Positions 61,437 to 64,000 of a DNA stretch of 64,000 bases are shown piece after piece. Below the pieces are notes generated by a model. It did not search any database. It saw nothing but the letters and a program-made list of their open reading frames with translations, and was not told the origin of the DNA. The position numbers were made by a program, and so were the translations under genes. This DNA is from a bacterium. Its GTDB lineage: Bacteria > UBA8248 > JACPRG01 > G963555815. How positions within the stretch are numbered: the stretch's first letter is position 1; each line of letters begins with the position of its first letter. Where the stretch lies: NCBI GenBank assembly GCA_965261595.1, contig CBDHDG010000003.1, forward strand, positions 64,001 through 128,000. The letters run 5' to 3'.

Positions 61437-62177
61437 TGGGCAGATTACTTCATCGTGGCGGAGACCTCGAATTTCTCCGTGTCTTGGGGGCTTGCCGGAG
61501 CGGCCTATTTCCGTATCACCACCCGCGGTGTGCCGACCTACGCCCCGATGAACGTCGACCGTAAGTCTCCCACGCCCCAGGGGAACCCCAACGCCATCAT
61601 CAAGATGTCCAACCTTATCCCGGAGGTCGATGAGTGGGCCGATCGGTACGAAGCAGAGAACACCTACCCCTTGGACCCAGAGGGCGGGGTGATTGAACCG
61701 AAAGTCACCATCGGCGCCATCGATGGTGGTGTGGTGACGAAGCCAAACTGGCGCCCCGCCCTTTCGAACATATATATAGATGTCCGCATTCCGCCGAATC
61801 GGACCCCGCTAGACGTGAAACGTGAACTGGAGGAGGAGGTGAAGGCCACGGGTCTTTCCGACGAGGTATTTATGTTCCTGTCGCATATGGGGTACGTGAG
61901 CCCACCAGGATACGAGGTTGTGGCCAAGGCAATCAAAGAGAATCATCAGCGGGTTTTCCAAAGCCCTGTCAATCCTCCCGGGCAGGCGGACACCAGTATG
62001 TGGAACGATTCCAACGTGTTCTGGCAAGTCGGAATGCCGGGCGTTAAGTATGGCTCGCGGCCAGCCTCTGGCCCCCGTTTTCCCGAAGCGGTCGATGTCT
62101 CGGATTTGGTCGATACGGCCAAGGTGTATGCCCTGACTTGTCTTGATATCTGTGGAGTTTCGAGCGATTCGCCGTGA
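61437..62177 (+). pseudogene. C-terminal part of an M20/ArgE-DapE-family peptidase, 5' end lost at the IS
   Basis: ADYFIVAE, NAI.KM, VTIGAIDGG, IDVRIPP, KYG. Confidence 0.75.
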
Positions 62178-62258
62178 GCCAGGATTCACGGCTGGTGACG
62201 GCTGGTCTCACCGCCACGCGGCTTCCAAAGCTTGGTTCGCTTCGAATCTCGAAAGGGT

Positions 62259-63221
62259 ATGATGCAGATTCGGTACATCGACGAGGCAGTGGTCCGCTGG
62301 CTTCTCCTTCCCGAGGAGGCGCTGGAAATCGTGGAACAGGACTTCTGTGAGCGACCAGCGATACCTCCGGTCTTACCGAAGGTCCGACTTCTCCGGATGG
62401 ACCTCCACGAGCGCTACGGCCAGGTCTTGTTGGTAAAGAGTTGCGCCCTCCCCGATCTGGAGGTGGCGGGTGTGCGCGTCTTTGGATCGGGAGCCCGCTT
62501 CATTGTCTTGATGGACATTAAAACCCTAAAGACCCTGGCCTGGGTGGATGACAATTGGCTCTACCAACTCAGGACAGCGGCCGAGGGCACCGTGGCGATG
62601 AAGCGGCTGGCGAAACCCGGACCCGTCATCCTGGGACTAATTGGAGCTGGAGTCCTGGCCCGCCCGTTCCTTCATCTCGCCTCCAAGGTGGCCCAGCTGA
62701 CCGAGGTGCGGGTTACCTCGCGCACTACCGCGAGCCGCACCGCCTTGGCGCAAGAGATGGGGGCGGCCTTGGGGGTGCCCATTCGGGCGGTTGATACCGT
62801 CGAAGAAGCCGTTCGGGGGGCCTCGGTGATTGCTACGCTGACGACGGCCACGGCTCCCCTTGTGAGGGCTGAGTGGGTGAAAGCTGGAGCACTGATCGTA
62901 TCGATGGGGAATAGCCAGGAACTAGCGCCTGAGGTATTCCAGCGCGCCGACAAGGTGATCGCAGACGACTGGGAGACCTGCAAGAACTTGGGGGACATTG
63001 CCGTCGCGATCCGCGAGGGGTTTATGGCTGAGGCGGACTTCTACGGGGAAATGGGCGAGGTTTTCCGTGGGGACAAACCCGGCCGGGAGGGCCCCCGCGA
63101 AGTCATCCTCGTCGTCCCGCAGGGGATGATCACCCAGGACGTTTTGTTGGCCCACCACGTCTACCGGAAGGCTTTGGCGGAACGAATGGGGACGGTCTGG
63201 CGGACCGAATCGACCGTCTAA
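62259..63221 (+). CDS. Ornithine cyclodeaminase/mu-crystallin family
   Basis: LRTAA, LIGAG.LA, EEAVRGA, G.KPGR, G...QD. Confidence 0.88.
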   Translation: MMQIRYIDEAVVRWLLLPEEALEIVEQDFCERPAIPPVLPKVRLLRMDLHERYGQVLLVKSCALPDLEVAGVRVFGSGARFIVLMDIKTLKTLAWVDDNWLYQLRTAAEGTVAMKRLAKPGPVILGLIGAGVLARPFLHLASKVAQLTEVRVTSRTTASRTALAQEMGAALGVPIRAVDTVEEAVRGASVIATLTTATAPLVRAEWVKAGALIVSMGNSQELAPEVFQRADKVIADDWETCKNLGDIAVAIREGFMAEADFYGEMGEVFRGDKPGREGPREVILVVPQGMITQDVLLAHHVYRKALAERMGTVWRTESTV

Positions 63222-63406
63222 GAGACACACCTCCCTCCTTCATGCCCTCGACCGGTATGGAGAGGGGCTTATCCGCCTATAAGGTGGTCGGAACTAGCTT
63301 ACAATAGGACTTTGGTCATTTTAACCTGGTTGCTCGTCACAGTCAATCTAAATTGACGCGCCTCGAACCTCCGCAAAGGGTAAAAGGTCGAAAGGACAAA
63401 GGGTAA

Positions 63407-64000
63407 TTATGGAGCCTTGGCGCAACGAAAACCCAGGAAGTTGTGCCTGCTGCCCGGTTGGTCCCCGTCCCGGTACGCCGCGCGGAAGTCCGTTGGATTG
63501 CCGTAGAGCCACGAGCCGCCGCGAACCACGCGCCTGGTGCCCGTAGCAGGACCCTTCGGGTTGCGAGCCGGGGCGGTCCGGTAATAATCCTCCTCGTACC
63601 AGTCCCCCACCCACTCGGACACATGCCCCGACATGTCCACAGCCCCATAAGGGCTCCTGTGGGTGCTGTACGTCCGGTCCACGGGATGCGTCTTGCCGCC
63701 GCTGTTTTTTCTCCAGATCACTTTCGATCCGTCCGCCCAATCATTCCCCCAGGGATAATTCCGGCCATTCACCCCACGAGCCGCCTTTTCCCATTCGGCC
63801 TCTGTCGGCAACCCCTTCCCTGCCCATCTGCAATAAGACCGCGCATCTTTCCAGCTCACCTGGACCACGGGGTGACGGAGGCGGTTTCGATAGCTGCTGT
63901 CGCCACCGGTCGGGGATTTCCAGCTATAGACCACCTTTTCTATCAATCCTTCCAAATTTTCCATTTTTCCTTCCTTCGCAAAACTCGATTCACTCAGGAA
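63407..64000 (-). CDS. FGE-sulfatase (SUMF1/CLec-fold) domain protein, probably extending beyond the window
   Basis: HPVVQVSW.DA..YC.WAG..LPTEAEWEKAARG, YPWG, RVVRGGSW, GFRC. Confidence 0.9.
   Translation of the reverse strand, partial: FLSESSFAKEGKMENLEGLIEKVVYSWKSPTGGDSSYRNRLRHPVVQVSWKDARSYCRWAGKGLPTEAEWEKAARGVNGRNYPWGNDWADGSKVIWRKNSGGKTHPVDRTYSTHRSPYGAVDMSGHVSEWVGDWYEEDYYRTAPARNPKGPATGTRRVVRGGSWLYGNPTDFRAAYRDGDQPGSRHNFLGFRCAKAP

Noticed and set aside
1..64000. tRNA, rRNA or tmRNA genes
   Set aside because: No cloverleaf or conserved rRNA segment recognised by eye; a covariance-model scan would be decisive.

Overview
GC-rich bacterial chromosomal window with about 50 coding regions. I found no rRNA, tRNA or CRISPR array. 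Left to right: a single-chain triple-RidA gene built from three 420-bp repeats; typA/bipA; a twice-frameshifted adenylate cyclase-STAND ATPase-TPR gene; a PilZ-PAS-histidine kinase gene split by an IS3-family element (4-bp CGAG target duplication, halves rejoin in frame); a ~21-kb cluster probably for N-heterocycle/amide catabolism (Mo-hydroxylase, UbiD, amidohydrolases, BMP-type ABC transporter, nitrilases, creatininase, tandem DUF3830-like genes); housekeeping genes (udg, coaBC, gmk, yicC, rqcH); three EamA paralogues and an NCS2-like permease; an AT-richer island (IS3, orphan gene, integrase relic, NYN/PIN nuclease behind a promoter-short RNA-terminator leader); a ~260-bp intergenic palindrome; further metabolic genes; and a decayed junction (hisIE pseudogene, IS1380 fragment, second copy of the first IS3 without target duplication, truncated M20 peptidase), followed by a cyclodeaminase and a partial FGE-sulfatase-domain gene. 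The best candidates for new biology are the leader-RNA/NYN module, the single-chain RidA trimer, a CodA-like protein lacking most metal ligands, two nitrilases with Arg in place of the catalytic Lys, and the long palindrome. All family calls come from reading motifs by eye; no database searches were run.
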